64,000 nt of DNA from an uncultured Candidatus Binatia bacterium (GTDB taxonomy: Bacteria > Desulfobacterota > Binatia > UBA9968 > JAJDTQ01): the NCBI GenBank assembly GCA_965213675.1, contig OZ243916.1, positions 3,776,001-3,840,000 of the forward strand, given 5' to 3'. Both the position numbers and the translations under genes were made by a program. Within the stretch, counting starts at the first letter, position 1; every line of letters begins with the position of its first letter. This document shows, in pieces, positions 49,782-60,679 of the stretch. The notes beneath the pieces are model-generated. The model was not told the origin of the DNA. It saw only the letters and a list, made by a program, of their open reading frames with translations, and ran no database searches.

Positions 49782-50574
49782 GGTCCATCAGGGCCTTTTC
49801 CTGGCCCCCGTCGATTTCGATCATGGTGCCATTGACGAAGTGCATGAGCGGCGACGCCAGCATCACCACGAGTTGGGCCACCTCCGCGCTCTCGGCGATG
49901 CGCCCCAGCGGGATGGAGCGGGGCGCCAACTGATCGGCTTCCTCGTAGCTCAGGTCCATGTCCCGGGACATGGCCTGCACCAGGCCGGTCCAGCGCTCGG
50001 TGCGCACCGGGCCCGGGTTCACGGCCACAAAGCTGATGCCGTGCTTGCCGTACTGGCCCGCCAGCGACTTGGTCAGGTTCTGGCCCGCGGCGTTGGCCGC
50101 CCCCGGGGCGACCTCCCAATAGGACGTCTTGACGCCGTCGTTGCCGATGAGATTGACCACGCGCCCGCCCCCCTGCTCGCGCATGATCGGGAGAGCGTAG
50201 CGCATGCAGCGGACATAGCCCATGAACTTGAGTTGCAACGCCAGGTCCCAGTCGTCCTCGGTCAGGTTCTCGATGACCCCGCCGGGCGCGGCGCCGGCGT
50301 TGTTCACCAGGATGTCGATGCGCCCCAGGGCTTCCGCCGCGGCTTCGACGAAGCGGCGCGCGTCCTCGTCCCGGGTCAGGTCGGCGGTGAGAGGCACGAT
50401 CCGGCGACCGCTGGCCTGGGTCACCGCGGCGGCGACTTCCTCCAGCGGGCCAGCTCGCCGCGCGCACAGGGCTACGTCCACGCCTTCCCGCGCCAAGGCC
50501 TCCACGATGGCCTTGCCGATGCCTTCGCTGCCGCCGGTGACGATGGCGGTCTTGCCCTCAAGCTCCAGGTCCAT
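49762..50574 (-). CDS. Short-chain dehydrogenase/reductase
   Basis: TGGSEGIG, LVNNAG, NPGPVRT, IDGG; canonical YxxxK not evident. Confidence 0.9.
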   Translation of the reverse strand: MDLELEGKTAIVTGGSEGIGKAIVEALAREGVDVALCARRAGPLEEVAAAVTQASGRRIVPLTADLTRDEDARRFVEAAAEALGRIDILVNNAGAAPGGVIENLTEDDWDLALQLKFMGYVRCMRYALPIMREQGGGRVVNLIGNDGVKTSYWEVAPGAANAAGQNLTKSLAGQYGKHGISFVAVNPGPVRTERWTGLVQAMSRDMDLSYEEADQLAPRSIPLGRIAESAEVAQLVVMLASPLMHFVNGTMIEIDGGQEKALMDRARDRH

Positions 50575-50726
50575 GCTTCCTCCTGCCGCTACCCGGCGGC
50601 CTCTCCCCGACACTCGACGGCGGCGGTGGTCTGAATCTTCCGCGCTTCATCAGCGCCCCGGGCAGGACCCCGGCTGCCCACGCCATCGACGGCCGCCATG
50701 CGGCAAACCCGACAAGTTCCCGGCGA

Positions 50727-52244
50727 TCACGACTTCAAGCCCTCCGCTGTGGCGGCGAACAGATCGCGATAGCGCTCGCGCAACGCCGCCTTGGCTACCT
50801 TGCCCAGCTCATTGCGCGGAATCGTGTCCACGGCCAGGATACGCTTGGGCACCTTGAAGGACGCCAACTCTGTCTTGAGATAACCGATACAGGCGCGTTC
50901 GTCGAACGGCGCGTCCACGTCGGTCTCCACCACCGCAGTCACGGCCTCGCCGAAATCCGGATGGGGCGCGCCGAACACCGCGGACCCGGCCACGCCGTCG
51001 CAACGGTCGAGCACGTCCTCCACCTCCTTGGGGTAGACGTTGAGGCCGCCGGTAATGACCACGTCGGTCTCCCTGCCAAGGATCCGGATGCACCCCTCAT
51101 CGTCGATTTCCGCGACATCGCCGGTGACGAACCAACCGTCGCCTGTGAACGCCTGTTCGCCGGGCCGGTTCCAGTAGCCGCGGAAGACGTTGTGGCCACG
51201 GGTCTCCAGCACGCCGGTGGCGGCGGATTCGAACCGTCCGTGGTCGTTGGCCACACGCACGCGCACCCCCGGCAGCGGCCAGCCCACCCAGCCGCGGCGC
51301 CCGGCGGCGCCGGGCGGGACCGCGGTGATGATGGCCGCCTCGGTGGAACCGTAGCGCTCGATGATCTCCACGCCCGTGACCTGCTGGAACCGGCGCGCGA
51401 TGTCGGGCGGCAACGGCGCCGAACCGGAAATGGCCAACCGGAGAGCGCCTGCGGCCTCCCGGAGGCCGGGTTCTTTCAATAGCCGCGCGTAGTGTGTCGG
51501 CACCCCCATCATGACGGTGCAGCGACGCAACTCCCGGAGCACCGTTCCCGTCTCGAAACGCGGCACGAAACCGATGGCGCCGCCCGCCGCGAGCATGACG
51601 TTGATGGAGGTCAGTAACCCGTGGGCGTGATAGGCGGGCAGGGCGTGCAGGAGGATGTCCTCGCGGCCCAGTTGCCACACTTCCGCCAACGACCTGGCGC
51701 TGGCGGCCAGATTGCCGTGGGTGATGAGGGCGCCCTTGGGCCGGCCGGTGGTGCCGGACGTGTACAGCAGCGCCGCCGGCGCGTCATCGGGCAAAGCGTC
51801 CGCCCCCGAGCCAGCGGCGCATGCGCGGGCAAGGTCGCCAAAGGAGCCCTCGCTGCCGCGGAGCCCCTCAAGCCGGAACCCGTGTCGTACCGCGGCGGCC
51901 CGGAACGCCGGAATTTCGTCAGGGTCGCAGACGAACAGGGCCGGCCGCGCATCGGCCAAGAGCGACTCCACCTCCCGCGATGTGTAGGCCGTGTTCATGG
52001 GGTGAAGTACGGCGCCCGCCTTGAAACAGGCGTGGGCGAGGAACACGGCCTCGACGCATTTCCCCACACGGACCGAGACCCGGTCGCCCGTCTTGACGCC
52101 GCAGGCCGCCAATGCGGCGGCCGACTTGTCAATGGCCGTCAAGACTTCGCCCGTGGAGTAGGATGCGCCATCCGGCAAGACAAAGGCCGGGTCGTGATTC
52201 GCACGGTGGCGGTACAGCGCGTGAATGAGATTGTCGCCGGTCAT
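50727..52244 (-). CDS. Malonate--CoA ligase-like AMP-binding enzyme (MatB-like)
   Basis: MNTAYT, YTSGTTGRPKG, HALPAYHAHGL, MGVPTHY, ERYGSTE, GWFVTGD, NVYPKEVE. Confidence 0.88.
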   Translation of the reverse strand: MTGDNLIHALYRHRANHDPAFVLPDGASYSTGEVLTAIDKSAAALAACGVKTGDRVSVRVGKCVEAVFLAHACFKAGAVLHPMNTAYTSREVESLLADARPALFVCDPDEIPAFRAAAVRHGFRLEGLRGSEGSFGDLARACAAGSGADALPDDAPAALLYTSGTTGRPKGALITHGNLAASARSLAEVWQLGREDILLHALPAYHAHGLLTSINVMLAAGGAIGFVPRFETGTVLRELRRCTVMMGVPTHYARLLKEPGLREAAGALRLAISGSAPLPPDIARRFQQVTGVEIIERYGSTEAAIITAVPPGAAGRRGWVGWPLPGVRVRVANDHGRFESAATGVLETRGHNVFRGYWNRPGEQAFTGDGWFVTGDVAEIDDEGCIRILGRETDVVITGGLNVYPKEVEDVLDRCDGVAGSAVFGAPHPDFGEAVTAVVETDVDAPFDERACIGYLKTELASFKVPKRILAVDTIPRNELGKVAKAALRERYRDLFAATAEGLKS

Positions 52245-52267
52245 GGCCTGCGCTCTAAAGTAACTTG

Positions 52268-52296
52268 TTGATTGAGCGATCTGTAACCAGTAGACT
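52268..52296 (+). promoter_or_regulatory. Sigma70 promoter of coiled-coil gene
   Basis: TTGATT-17bp-TAGACT, 23 bp before ATG. Confidence 0.6.
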
Positions 52297-52319
52297 CCAC
52301 TCGAACGAAGGGAAGTGAC

Positions 52320-52739
52320 ATGGAGACATTGAAAGAATATGCAGGCGTGGCGGCGGCCCTTGGCGCTCTGGGTTTGTGGGCCATCAATGCCCAGGTCATG
52401 CCCGAGATCAACCGGGTGGAAGGCCGGATTGACGGGAACCTGTTGCTGCTCCGACAGATCGACCGCAAGATCGACCGCCATTTCGAAGCCCTGGGTACGA
52501 AGTTCAAGGCGATCGACGACAACTTCAAGACGATGGACGCCAAGTTCAAAACGATGGACGACAGGTTCGCGGCCATGGACAACAGACTCACGGCCATTGA
52601 CGTCAAGTTTGAACTCATCGATGACAAGTTTGAAGGTATCGACGACAGGTTCGAACGCATCGACGGCGAGTTGAAGACCATCCGCCACGACATCAAGACG
52701 ATTCTGTTGAGACTTCCGGACAAGGCAGCGGCCCGATAG
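52320..52739 (+). CDS. Membrane-anchored heptad-repeat coiled-coil protein, 139 aa
   Basis: N-terminal hydrophobic helix, then ~9 imperfect 7-aa repeats (I/M)DxKFxx. Confidence 0.8.
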   Translation: METLKEYAGVAAALGALGLWAINAQVMPEINRVEGRIDGNLLLLRQIDRKIDRHFEALGTKFKAIDDNFKTMDAKFKTMDDRFAAMDNRLTAIDVKFELIDDKFEGIDDRFERIDGELKTIRHDIKTILLRLPDKAAAR

Positions 52740-52744
52740 GCAGG

Positions 52745-53539
52745 TCAGCGGCCCTGGAACTCGGGCCTGCGTTTTTCCTCGAACGCCGACAGGCCTTCGC
52801 CATAGTCCGCGCTGGCGTCCGCGTCGAGGGAAAGCCGGCGGAGCGCTTCGCCGCCACTGTCTTCCCCCCGCGCCAGGGCGCCCAACGTGGCCTTGGCTGC
52901 GGCCACGGTCAGCGGCGCGTTGCCGGCCATGGCGCGGGCCAGGCTCCGCCCTTCCTCCAGCACTCTCCCCGGAGGCGTCAGGCGATGCACGGCGCCGCGG
53001 GTGTGGGCCGCGCGCGCGTCGCAGCGCTGGGCGCCCAGCAGCAGGCTGCGGACCACCGAATCCCCGAACACGCGGACGAACCGGGCAATGCCGCGCGGGT
53101 CGTAACCGAGCCCCAGGCGCGCCGCGGGCACCATGAACCAAGCGTCCTCCGCGGCGATGCGGAGGTCGCAGGCGCACGCCAGCGATGCGCCGGCGCCGGC
53201 GCAGGGTCCCGCGACGCACGCCACGGTGGGTTGCGGCACCGCCTCCAGTGCCCGCAGCGCGCTTTCCACCAGATCGTCATAGGCGCGCGTCGCGCCGGGG
53301 GCGCGAAGGCTCGCGAATTCCCGAATGTCCGCACCCGACGAGAACACCGTCTCGTCACCCGCTACGAGGATCACCCGCACCGCGCGGTCCCGCGCCACCG
53401 CCTTGGCGAAGCGCCGCAAGTCGCTCCACATACCGGCGCACAACGCGTTACGGCTGTCGCCGCTGCGGATCCGCAACTCGGCGACGCCGTCGGCCGTGGC
53501 CACGTGTATCGATCCCGCGGCCCCTGCGTTGTCGCTCAC
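52745..53539 (-). CDS. Enoyl-CoA hydratase/isomerase family protein
   Basis: RNAL, FSSGADIREF, GAGASLACACDLRIA, PAARLGLGY, AFEEKRRPEFQGR. Confidence 0.9.
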   Translation of the reverse strand: MSDNAGAAGSIHVATADGVAELRIRSGDSRNALCAGMWSDLRRFAKAVARDRAVRVILVAGDETVFSSGADIREFASLRAPGATRAYDDLVESALRALEAVPQPTVACVAGPCAGAGASLACACDLRIAAEDAWFMVPAARLGLGYDPRGIARFVRVFGDSVVRSLLLGAQRCDARAAHTRGAVHRLTPPGRVLEEGRSLARAMAGNAPLTVAAAKATLGALARGEDSGGEALRRLSLDADASADYGEGLSAFEEKRRPEFQGR

Positions 53540-54390
53540 GTCTCCCTCCGGTGCGCCATCCACGAGCCGTCGGCGACGGCGCTGAACAACTCCGCCAGGG
53601 CGGCGTTGACGGCGGCGGGTTCTTCCAGGGTCAGGGTATGGCCCGAGCGTGGTACCACCACCAGGGCGGCCGTGGGCGCGGTGCGTTTGAGAAACAGGCT
53701 GCCGTCCAGGCACGGGTCGTCCTCGTCGCCGACCATGACCAGCAGCGGAACGTCGAGACGCGACAAGGGTTCCTCCAGGTCCCACAGCGTGGGGCGCAGG
53801 CCCTGGACCTGGGACATGGTGAGGGCCAGGCCCGTGGGCGAATGGTCCGCGAGCGTCTTCTCGAACTCGGCGAAGCCTCGCGGGTCCTTGGATTCGAAGG
53901 GCCTGCGCATGGGGTAGCGGGCGTACTGGGCCGCGGCCTGCGTCATGGGTTCTTCGCGGAACATGCGCGCGATGTCCGCGCACATGGCGGCGCGCACCTC
54001 GCGTTCGGCGGGGTTCGAACCCCAGCCGCAGCCGATGGCGGCCACGGACAGGCAACGCCCGGGATGGTGGATGGCCACGTGCAGCGCGGTGTAGGCGCCC
54101 ATGGAATGCCCCACGATATGCGCCCGCTCCAGGCCGAGACCGTCAAGCACCGCCACGACGTCGTCGCGGGCCATGTCCTGGCCGTAGGCCTCGGGCGTCT
54201 CGGGGACGTCGGACGGCAGGTAGCCGCGGGCGTCCAACGCAACACAGCGGTGGGAGCGGGAGAAGTACCGCACCTGCGGCTCGAAGCTCCGGTGGTCCCC
54301 GGCGAACTCGTGAACGAACACGATGGGAACGCCCCGCCCGGACTCTTCATGGTAGAGGCGGGTGCCGTCTGGTGTGGTGATGGTCGGCAA
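53536..54390 (-). CDS. Alpha/beta hydrolase
   Basis: VHEFAGD, DARGY, GHSMG, GDED, SGH. Confidence 0.88.
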   Translation of the reverse strand: MPTITTPDGTRLYHEESGRGVPIVFVHEFAGDHRSFEPQVRYFSRSHRCVALDARGYLPSDVPETPEAYGQDMARDDVVAVLDGLGLERAHIVGHSMGAYTALHVAIHHPGRCLSVAAIGCGWGSNPAEREVRAAMCADIARMFREEPMTQAAAQYARYPMRRPFESKDPRGFAEFEKTLADHSPTGLALTMSQVQGLRPTLWDLEEPLSRLDVPLLVMVGDEDDPCLDGSLFLKRTAPTAALVVVPRSGHTLTLEEPAAVNAALAELFSAVADGSWMAHRRET

Positions 54391-54411
54391 GGGTTCCTCC
54401 CGCGTCCGCCG

Positions 54412-54813
54412 CTACCCCAGTCCCTTCCGGTGCATGCTCAGCAGCACGGCCGAGCCCACCGATACGCCCACGGCCACCAGGGAATAGATCACCGCCAGGA
54501 TGACGTCCGCCCCCGACGGCGGCGGGTTGCGGCTCCAGTACAGGAACAGGTTCACGACTACGTAGAGCGCGTAGGCGTGCGCCATCCCGATGACGAGGCG
54601 CTTCGTGTACCAAAGCCCCAAGCCGTAGACCACGAGGTAGACGCCGAACACCAGGCTCCACAACACCGCGTCTCCGCCGTTCAGGCGGTTCCCGAACAGG
54701 ACGAAACCGCTGTGCTCACTGAGTTGCAGCGGCTTGGAGAAGTTCGAGATCGCCAACAGCCAGAAACAAACGGCCAGGACGCGAAAAGTTCGGGTCAGTC
54801 GTGGCTCCAACAT
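54412..54813 (-). CDS. Hypothetical 4-TM membrane protein
   Basis: SD GAGGAG; four hydrophobic segments; host-like codon usage. Confidence 0.72.
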   Translation of the reverse strand: MLEPRLTRTFRVLAVCFWLLAISNFSKPLQLSEHSGFVLFGNRLNGGDAVLWSLVFGVYLVVYGLGLWYTKRLVIGMAHAYALYVVVNLFLYWSRNPPPSGADVILAVIYSLVAVGVSVGSAVLLSMHRKGLG

Positions 54814-54958
54814 CGGGGGCTCCTCGCGTGGCAACCAGGGTTTACCGGGCATCTTAGCACGAACCCGCGACCACAGCGCCAAGTCTGCAAGCATGGCGTA
54901 CAGGCGAAGGGTAGCCCTTGGTCCGTATGGGGATGCCCCCAGTTTCCCGCGATTCCCT

Positions 54959-57487
54959 TCACGACTCGCGCAGCGCCGTGGCGGGGGGCGTGCGGACCAG
55001 CTTGCGGGTGCCGAGGTAGCCCACCGCGGTGACCATCGCCATGCCGAACAGCGGCCCGGCGACCCAGAGGCGCGGGTGCAGGCCCGCCGGCAACTCGAAG
55101 ACGAACCGGTTCAGCGTGAAGGCGGTAACTTCGGCGCCGACCACGGCCACGATGCCGGCGAATGCGCCCAGCGCGGCGAACTCGGCCACCAGCGCGCCGG
55201 TGATGAGGCGGCGCGTCCCGCCCAGAGCGCGCAGCAGCGCTAGCTCCTTGAGGCGCTGGTCCCGGCTCGATTGAATGGATGCGATGAGCACCAGCAACCC
55301 CGCGCACAGCACCAGCGCCAGCACCAGTTCCACCGCCTGGGCGACGTGGGCGATGATGCGCCGCAGATGCGTGATGATCTGGTCCACGTCGATCACCGAG
55401 ACGGTGGGATGGCGCGAGAGCAGTTCGCTGAGGAACCCCTTCCGTTCCCGGGGCAGGTGGAAGCTCGTCATGTAGGTGGCGGGTTGGCCCTCCAGGGCGC
55501 CCGGTGACAGGATGATGAAGAAGTTGGGTTGCAGGCTGTCCCACGCCACCCGCCGCATGTTGGTGACCGTGGCGGTGAACGGCAGTCCGCCCACGTCGAA
55601 GGTCAGGGAGTCGCCCAGCGACAGCCCCAAGGCCGCGGCGTATTCTTCCTCCAGGGACGCCGCCGGCGGACCGCCGGCGGACCACCACTCGCCCTCCACC
55701 ACGACATTGTTGTCGGGCAGGTCGGCCAGGAAGGTGAGGTTGCGTTCGCGCCGGATTCCCGGCCGGCCGCGGCCGCCGGGACCGTCGCGCTCGTCGCTGG
55801 GTTCCTCGGGGCGCGCGCGCCGTTGCCGTTGCCACTCGGCGGCGGCCGTCCCATTCACCGTGGTGATGCGGCCCCGGATCATGGGAAACATCCGGCCGTC
55901 GTAACCGGCGCGGGCCTTGAGCAGGGTTTCCACCGCATCCACTTCGGCCGGCGCCACGTTCATCACGAACTGGTTGGGCGCCCGCTCGGGTATCCGGGCC
56001 TGCCACTCGTCCACCAGCGCGGTGCGCACCAGCACCATGATGAGCAACAGCATGACCGCGACCCCGAAGACCACGATCTGTCCGACGTTCTCCCGGTGGC
56101 GGCGGTGCAGCCCCGCGAGCGCAAGACGCCAGACGCTGCCGGCCTGCATGCCCAAGGCGCGCCCGCCGCGCAGCAGCACCAGCGCGAGGCCGGCGAACAC
56201 GCTTACAGTCACCGTCGCGCCCGCCAGCGCCCAGACCGTCAGCGCGACGTCGGCGCTGTACCAGATCAGGAGCCCAACCCCGCCCGCGGCGGCGCAGCCG
56301 TAGGTCACGGCCGAGGCGGTCCCCGGGGTGAGGTCCCGGCGGATGACTCGCATGGGCGATACGTCGCGCAGTCCCAGGAGCGGCGGCAGACCGAACGCCA
56401 GCACGCAGATGAAGCCGGTCAGAAGCCCCACCCAAACGGGCCGCGCGCCCGGCGACGGCAGCGACACGGGAAGGAAACCGCGGAGCGCGGCGAGGATGCC
56501 GAAATGAGCCAGCGCGCCCAGGGCGAGACCGGCGATGGCCCCGGCCACGCCGACGATCAGCAGCACGAGGGTGTAGCCCCACTGGACCTGCGACGGCGTC
56601 GCCCCCAGGGTCTTCAGCACGGCCACGTGGTCATAGTGCCGGCGCGCATAGCGGCGGGCGCTCAACGCCACGGCGACCCCCGCCAACAGCACCGTCAAAA
56701 GCCCGCCCAGCAGCAGGAAGCTCTCGGAGCGCCCCAAGGCGCTGTCAATGCGCGCGTTGGCCGAGCGCACGTCGCGCCAGCGGTAGGTGGAGCCCATCTC
56801 GTCGCGAATGGTGTCGTGAAGGGAACGCAGCGCATCGCCGTCCCCCGCCACCTGCAGGCGGTAGCGGATGCGGCTGCCCGGCTGCACCACGCGGGTGGCC
56901 GGCACGTCCTCCGCGCGCATCAGCAGCCGCGGCGCGAACTCCAGGAAACCGCCGCCCCGATCCGGCTCCGACGCCAGCACGGCCGTCACCGTGAATTCGG
57001 CGTAGCCCACGGCGACCGTGTCGCCCACCTGGACCCCCAGGGCCGGGAACAGGCGCGAGTCGAGCCAGACCTCGCCCGGCGCGGGGAGGCCGCCGGTGCG
57101 CCGGCCGCGACTGAAGGGCTCACCCGCCACCCGCAAGGCGCCGCGCAGGGGATAGCCCGGAGTCACCGCCTTGACGCTGGTCAGTTGACTGCGGCCGCTG
57201 TCGTCCGCGGAGACCATGGAGGGGAAACGGATGACATCGGCCAGGGCGAGGCCGCGCGCGGCGGCGAGTTCGCGGAAACGTTGCGGGATCTCGCGCGAGG
57301 CGTCGATGACGCGGTCGGCGCCGAGGAGCGAGGCCGATTCCGCCACCAGCGCGCGTTGCAACCGGTCGACGAACAGGCTGACGGCTGTCACCGCCCCCAC
57401 CGCCAGGACCAGAGCGGCGAGTAGCAGGCGCAACTCCCCGGCGCGCCAGTCGCGCATGGCGAGCCGCAGTGCCAGCGACAGGGTCAC
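54959..57487 (-). CDS. ybbP: YbbP-like FtsX-family ABC permease
   Basis: RDWRAGELRLL, VKAV..GYPLRG, LKTLGAT, APNQF, PNFF, LRALG. Confidence 0.9.
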   Translation of the reverse strand: MTLSLALRLAMRDWRAGELRLLLAALVLAVGAVTAVSLFVDRLQRALVAESASLLGADRVIDASREIPQRFRELAAARGLALADVIRFPSMVSADDSGRSQLTSVKAVTPGYPLRGALRVAGEPFSRGRRTGGLPAPGEVWLDSRLFPALGVQVGDTVAVGYAEFTVTAVLASEPDRGGGFLEFAPRLLMRAEDVPATRVVQPGSRIRYRLQVAGDGDALRSLHDTIRDEMGSTYRWRDVRSANARIDSALGRSESFLLLGGLLTVLLAGVAVALSARRYARRHYDHVAVLKTLGATPSQVQWGYTLVLLIVGVAGAIAGLALGALAHFGILAALRGFLPVSLPSPGARPVWVGLLTGFICVLAFGLPPLLGLRDVSPMRVIRRDLTPGTASAVTYGCAAAGGVGLLIWYSADVALTVWALAGATVTVSVFAGLALVLLRGGRALGMQAGSVWRLALAGLHRRHRENVGQIVVFGVAVMLLLIMVLVRTALVDEWQARIPERAPNQFVMNVAPAEVDAVETLLKARAGYDGRMFPMIRGRITTVNGTAAAEWQRQRRARPEEPSDERDGPGGRGRPGIRRERNLTFLADLPDNNVVVEGEWWSAGGPPAASLEEEYAAALGLSLGDSLTFDVGGLPFTATVTNMRRVAWDSLQPNFFIILSPGALEGQPATYMTSFHLPRERKGFLSELLSRHPTVSVIDVDQIITHLRRIIAHVAQAVELVLALVLCAGLLVLIASIQSSRDQRLKELALLRALGGTRRLITGALVAEFAALGAFAGIVAVVGAEVTAFTLNRFVFELPAGLHPRLWVAGPLFGMAMVTAVGYLGTRKLVRTPPATALRES

Positions 57488-57654
57488 GGCACGGACTCCG
57501 GCAGCGGCTGCGCGCGTGTCATGGGCGTTCCTCGGTGGCTGTGATCTTCCGGGTCATGGCGCGGCCCCCGGCGCAGGCGGCACCGTGAAGGCGCACAACG
57601 CAGGCGGCAGGCGCCTGATACGGCCCTCCAGGGGGGCAACCCGGTTGCTTCCGG

Positions 57655-58342
<688 letters not shown>

Positions 58343-58344
<2 letters not shown>

Positions 58345-59005
58345 GAAAGAATTCTCGATGGGACGAACACCGGCTCTGCTGATTAGACTGTTGGGGGGTT
58401 TCCTGCTCGTGGCCGCGCTCGCGGCGGCCGGACCCGTGCCGGCGGCGGATGCCAAGACCGTGCTGGTCTTGGGAAACAGTATCAGCGCCGCCTATGGACT
58501 TCAAACCGCCAAGGGCGAACGCGGCTGGGTGGAACTGCTGCGGCAGCACCTGGGGCAGCGCTTCCGCGTGGTCAACGCCAGCATCAGCGGCGACACCACC
58601 GTGGGCGGCCTGGCCCGCCTCCCCGGACTCCTGTCCCGGCACCGGCCGCACATCGTCATCATCGAGTTGGGCGGCAACGATGGCCTGCGCGGCTATCCCG
58701 TGCCGTCCATACAGGCCAACCTTCTGGCCCTGGCCCGCACGGTCCTCGCCGCTGGCGCCAGGCCCGTCCTCGCCGGCATGCAGATGCCTCCCAACCTCGG
58801 GCCGCGCTATACCCAGGCCTTCCGCCGGATGTACTACGACGTCGCCGCCCAGACCGGCGCAGCGCTGGTGCCCTTCCTCCTCGAAGGCGTCGCACTCAAC
58901 CCGAGACTCATGCAGGCCGACGGCATCCACCCCAACGCCCACGCCCAACCATGGCTCCTGCACAACGTCTGGCCCGCGCTGGCGCCGCTGCTGGTGGCGG
59001 AGTGA
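58343..59005 (+). CDS. tesA: Arylesterase/acyl-CoA thioesterase I (SGNH)
   Basis: GNSISAAYG, NASISGDTT, ELGGNDGLRG, DGIHP; divergent from ybbA as in E. coli. Confidence 0.9.
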
Positions 59006-59056
59006 GGTGATGCGCGCCGCGCCGTGGGAGCTGCCCCGCTCATGCCAACTTCACAA

Positions 59057-59124
59057 AGGAGCTTGCGCCGCAGGAATTCGCGAAAGCGGATTTGCCGCCG
59101 TAAATTCCTGCGCCACAAGCTCCT
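59057..59124. mobile_element. MITE family A, alternative short form (68 bp)
   Basis: AGGAGCTTGCGCCGCAGGAATTCGCGAAAGCG...CCTGCGCCACAAGCTCCT; followed by another end-like GGAGCTTGTGG. Confidence 0.82.
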
Positions 59125-59254
59125 GGGAGCTTGTGGGATCGAAGGCCCCGGTTGAACGGCCAAAGCGACCGGCCGTCGTCCTCCGCTTCGAACAACAAGA
59201 GGGTGACCGGTGTGTTCGATCAGCCTTGGACGTTCCGCGCAACCTACGGATGCC

Positions 59255-60490
59255 TCACGACGCCAGCGCCGCCAGCGGCTCGTTGGTGGCGGGATCCACC
59301 TCATAGGGTCCGGGCAGGCCCAGCTCCTTGGCGATCTCACGCATGGCGGGCAGGACCTCCTGGCCCATGAGCTTGAGCGTGCGCATCTGCGATTCGTGGT
59401 CCATGGCGCCGTCGCCGGTGCGGAAGATGATGATTCCGGGCCGCAGGTAGTCCATGATGTAGCGGATGTCCTCGACGCACTGCTCCGGGGTGCCCACGAT
59501 CATGCCCCTGGTGGCCACCTGATCCTCGAAAGAGGCCAGAGCGCCGGCCCGGGTCTTCCCCGTGGCGTCGGGCGCCACCATCTGCCGGCGCAGGGCCACC
59601 GCCTTCCGGCTGTTCAGCCCCGGAGGGCTCATGATCCACGGGATGGGCCTCTGGACGCCCGGGTCGAAGGGGCTCCGGACCCCCTGGGTCAGGGTGCGTC
59701 CCACCTCCATGGCCCTGGCCTTCGTTTCCTCCACGTGCACGAAGAACATGTAACCCATGTGCTGCGGTCCGGCCGCGTAGCCTTCCTCCTCCGCCGTCTC
59801 GTAGTAGACCTTGAACATCTCGCGGGTGAGCTCGAGCTGCGTCGAGAGCATGACGTAGGGGTAGCGGTGGCGGGCGCACCACTCCACGGTCTCCCGGCTG
59901 GAGGTGCCGGGCACCCAGATGGGCGGGTGAGGCTTCTGATACGGGACCGCCCAGGGGTTCACATACCGGTAGTGGAAGTGCTTGCCCTCCCAGCGAAAGG
60001 GGCCGGGGGTGGTCCAGGTCTTGATGAGGAAGTCGTGGGCCTCCTCGAAGCGTTCGCGGTTGTAGTGGGGCGGGATGTTGTGGCTGATGCTCTCGCCGCC
60101 GGAGCCGCGCACGATTCCCGGGATCAGCCGACCCCGGGAGATGACGTCGACCATGGCCAGTTGCTCGGCCAGCCACAAGGGATCGTCGTGGATGGGCAGG
60201 ATGTTGCCGAGCAGCAGGATCTTCACCTTGGTGGTGATGCGGGCGAGGATCGAAGCCTGAACGTTGGCCACGCCGTTCATGCAGAAGGGCGCGCTGTGGT
60301 GCTCGTTGACCATCAGCCCGTCGAAACCTACCTCCTCGGCGTAGACCTTCTCGTCGAGGTAGCGGTTGTACAGGTTGGCGGCGCGCTTGGGGTCGTACTC
60401 GGCGTTGCTGACCTTGTGGATGCCGGTGCCCCATTCCTCGGGCCAGTTGTCGACCTGCCAGGGCTCTTCGGTGAAGTGGCCGATGAACAT
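59255..60490 (-). CDS. LLM-class flavin-dependent oxidoreductase (paralog 1)
   Basis: GFDGLMVNEHH, LAEQLAMVDVISRGRL, PYQKPHPPIWVPG. Confidence 0.9.
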   Translation of the reverse strand: MFIGHFTEEPWQVDNWPEEWGTGIHKVSNAEYDPKRAANLYNRYLDEKVYAEEVGFDGLMVNEHHSAPFCMNGVANVQASILARITTKVKILLLGNILPIHDDPLWLAEQLAMVDVISRGRLIPGIVRGSGGESISHNIPPHYNRERFEEAHDFLIKTWTTPGPFRWEGKHFHYRYVNPWAVPYQKPHPPIWVPGTSSRETVEWCARHRYPYVMLSTQLELTREMFKVYYETAEEEGYAAGPQHMGYMFFVHVEETKARAMEVGRTLTQGVRSPFDPGVQRPIPWIMSPPGLNSRKAVALRRQMVAPDATGKTRAGALASFEDQVATRGMIVGTPEQCVEDIRYIMDYLRPGIIIFRTGDGAMDHESQMRTLKLMGQEVLPAMREIAKELGLPGPYEVDPATNEPLAALAS

Positions 60491-60513
60491 GAGTTACCTC
60501 CCGGCCCGTGACG

Positions 60514-60679
60514 CTAGTGACCTGTCTGGTTCATTCGCACCACAATCTGCTTGTCTTTTTCGCCGCCGGCTGCGTTGCTCTTCCTCGCGTGGTGCCCGCC
60601 ACTGCTCGTCGTCGCGCCTTGCCGACGACGAAAAATCCCGCGCATCTTGTGATGCACAATTAACCAGACAGGTCACTAG
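60514..60679. mobile_element. MITE family B (166 bp), reverse-oriented relative to 25918
   Basis: CTAGTGACCTGTCTGGTT...AACCAGACAGGTCACTAG; right CTAG contains the stop of the upstream LLM gene. Confidence 0.88.

Noticed and set aside
50727-53219. 830-aa fusion ORF including the CoA ligase; similar N-terminal extensions at 26891-28912, 36600-38201 and 44228-45427
   Set aside because: Extensions run through other genes or repeats; real starts are downstream with family-consistent N-termini
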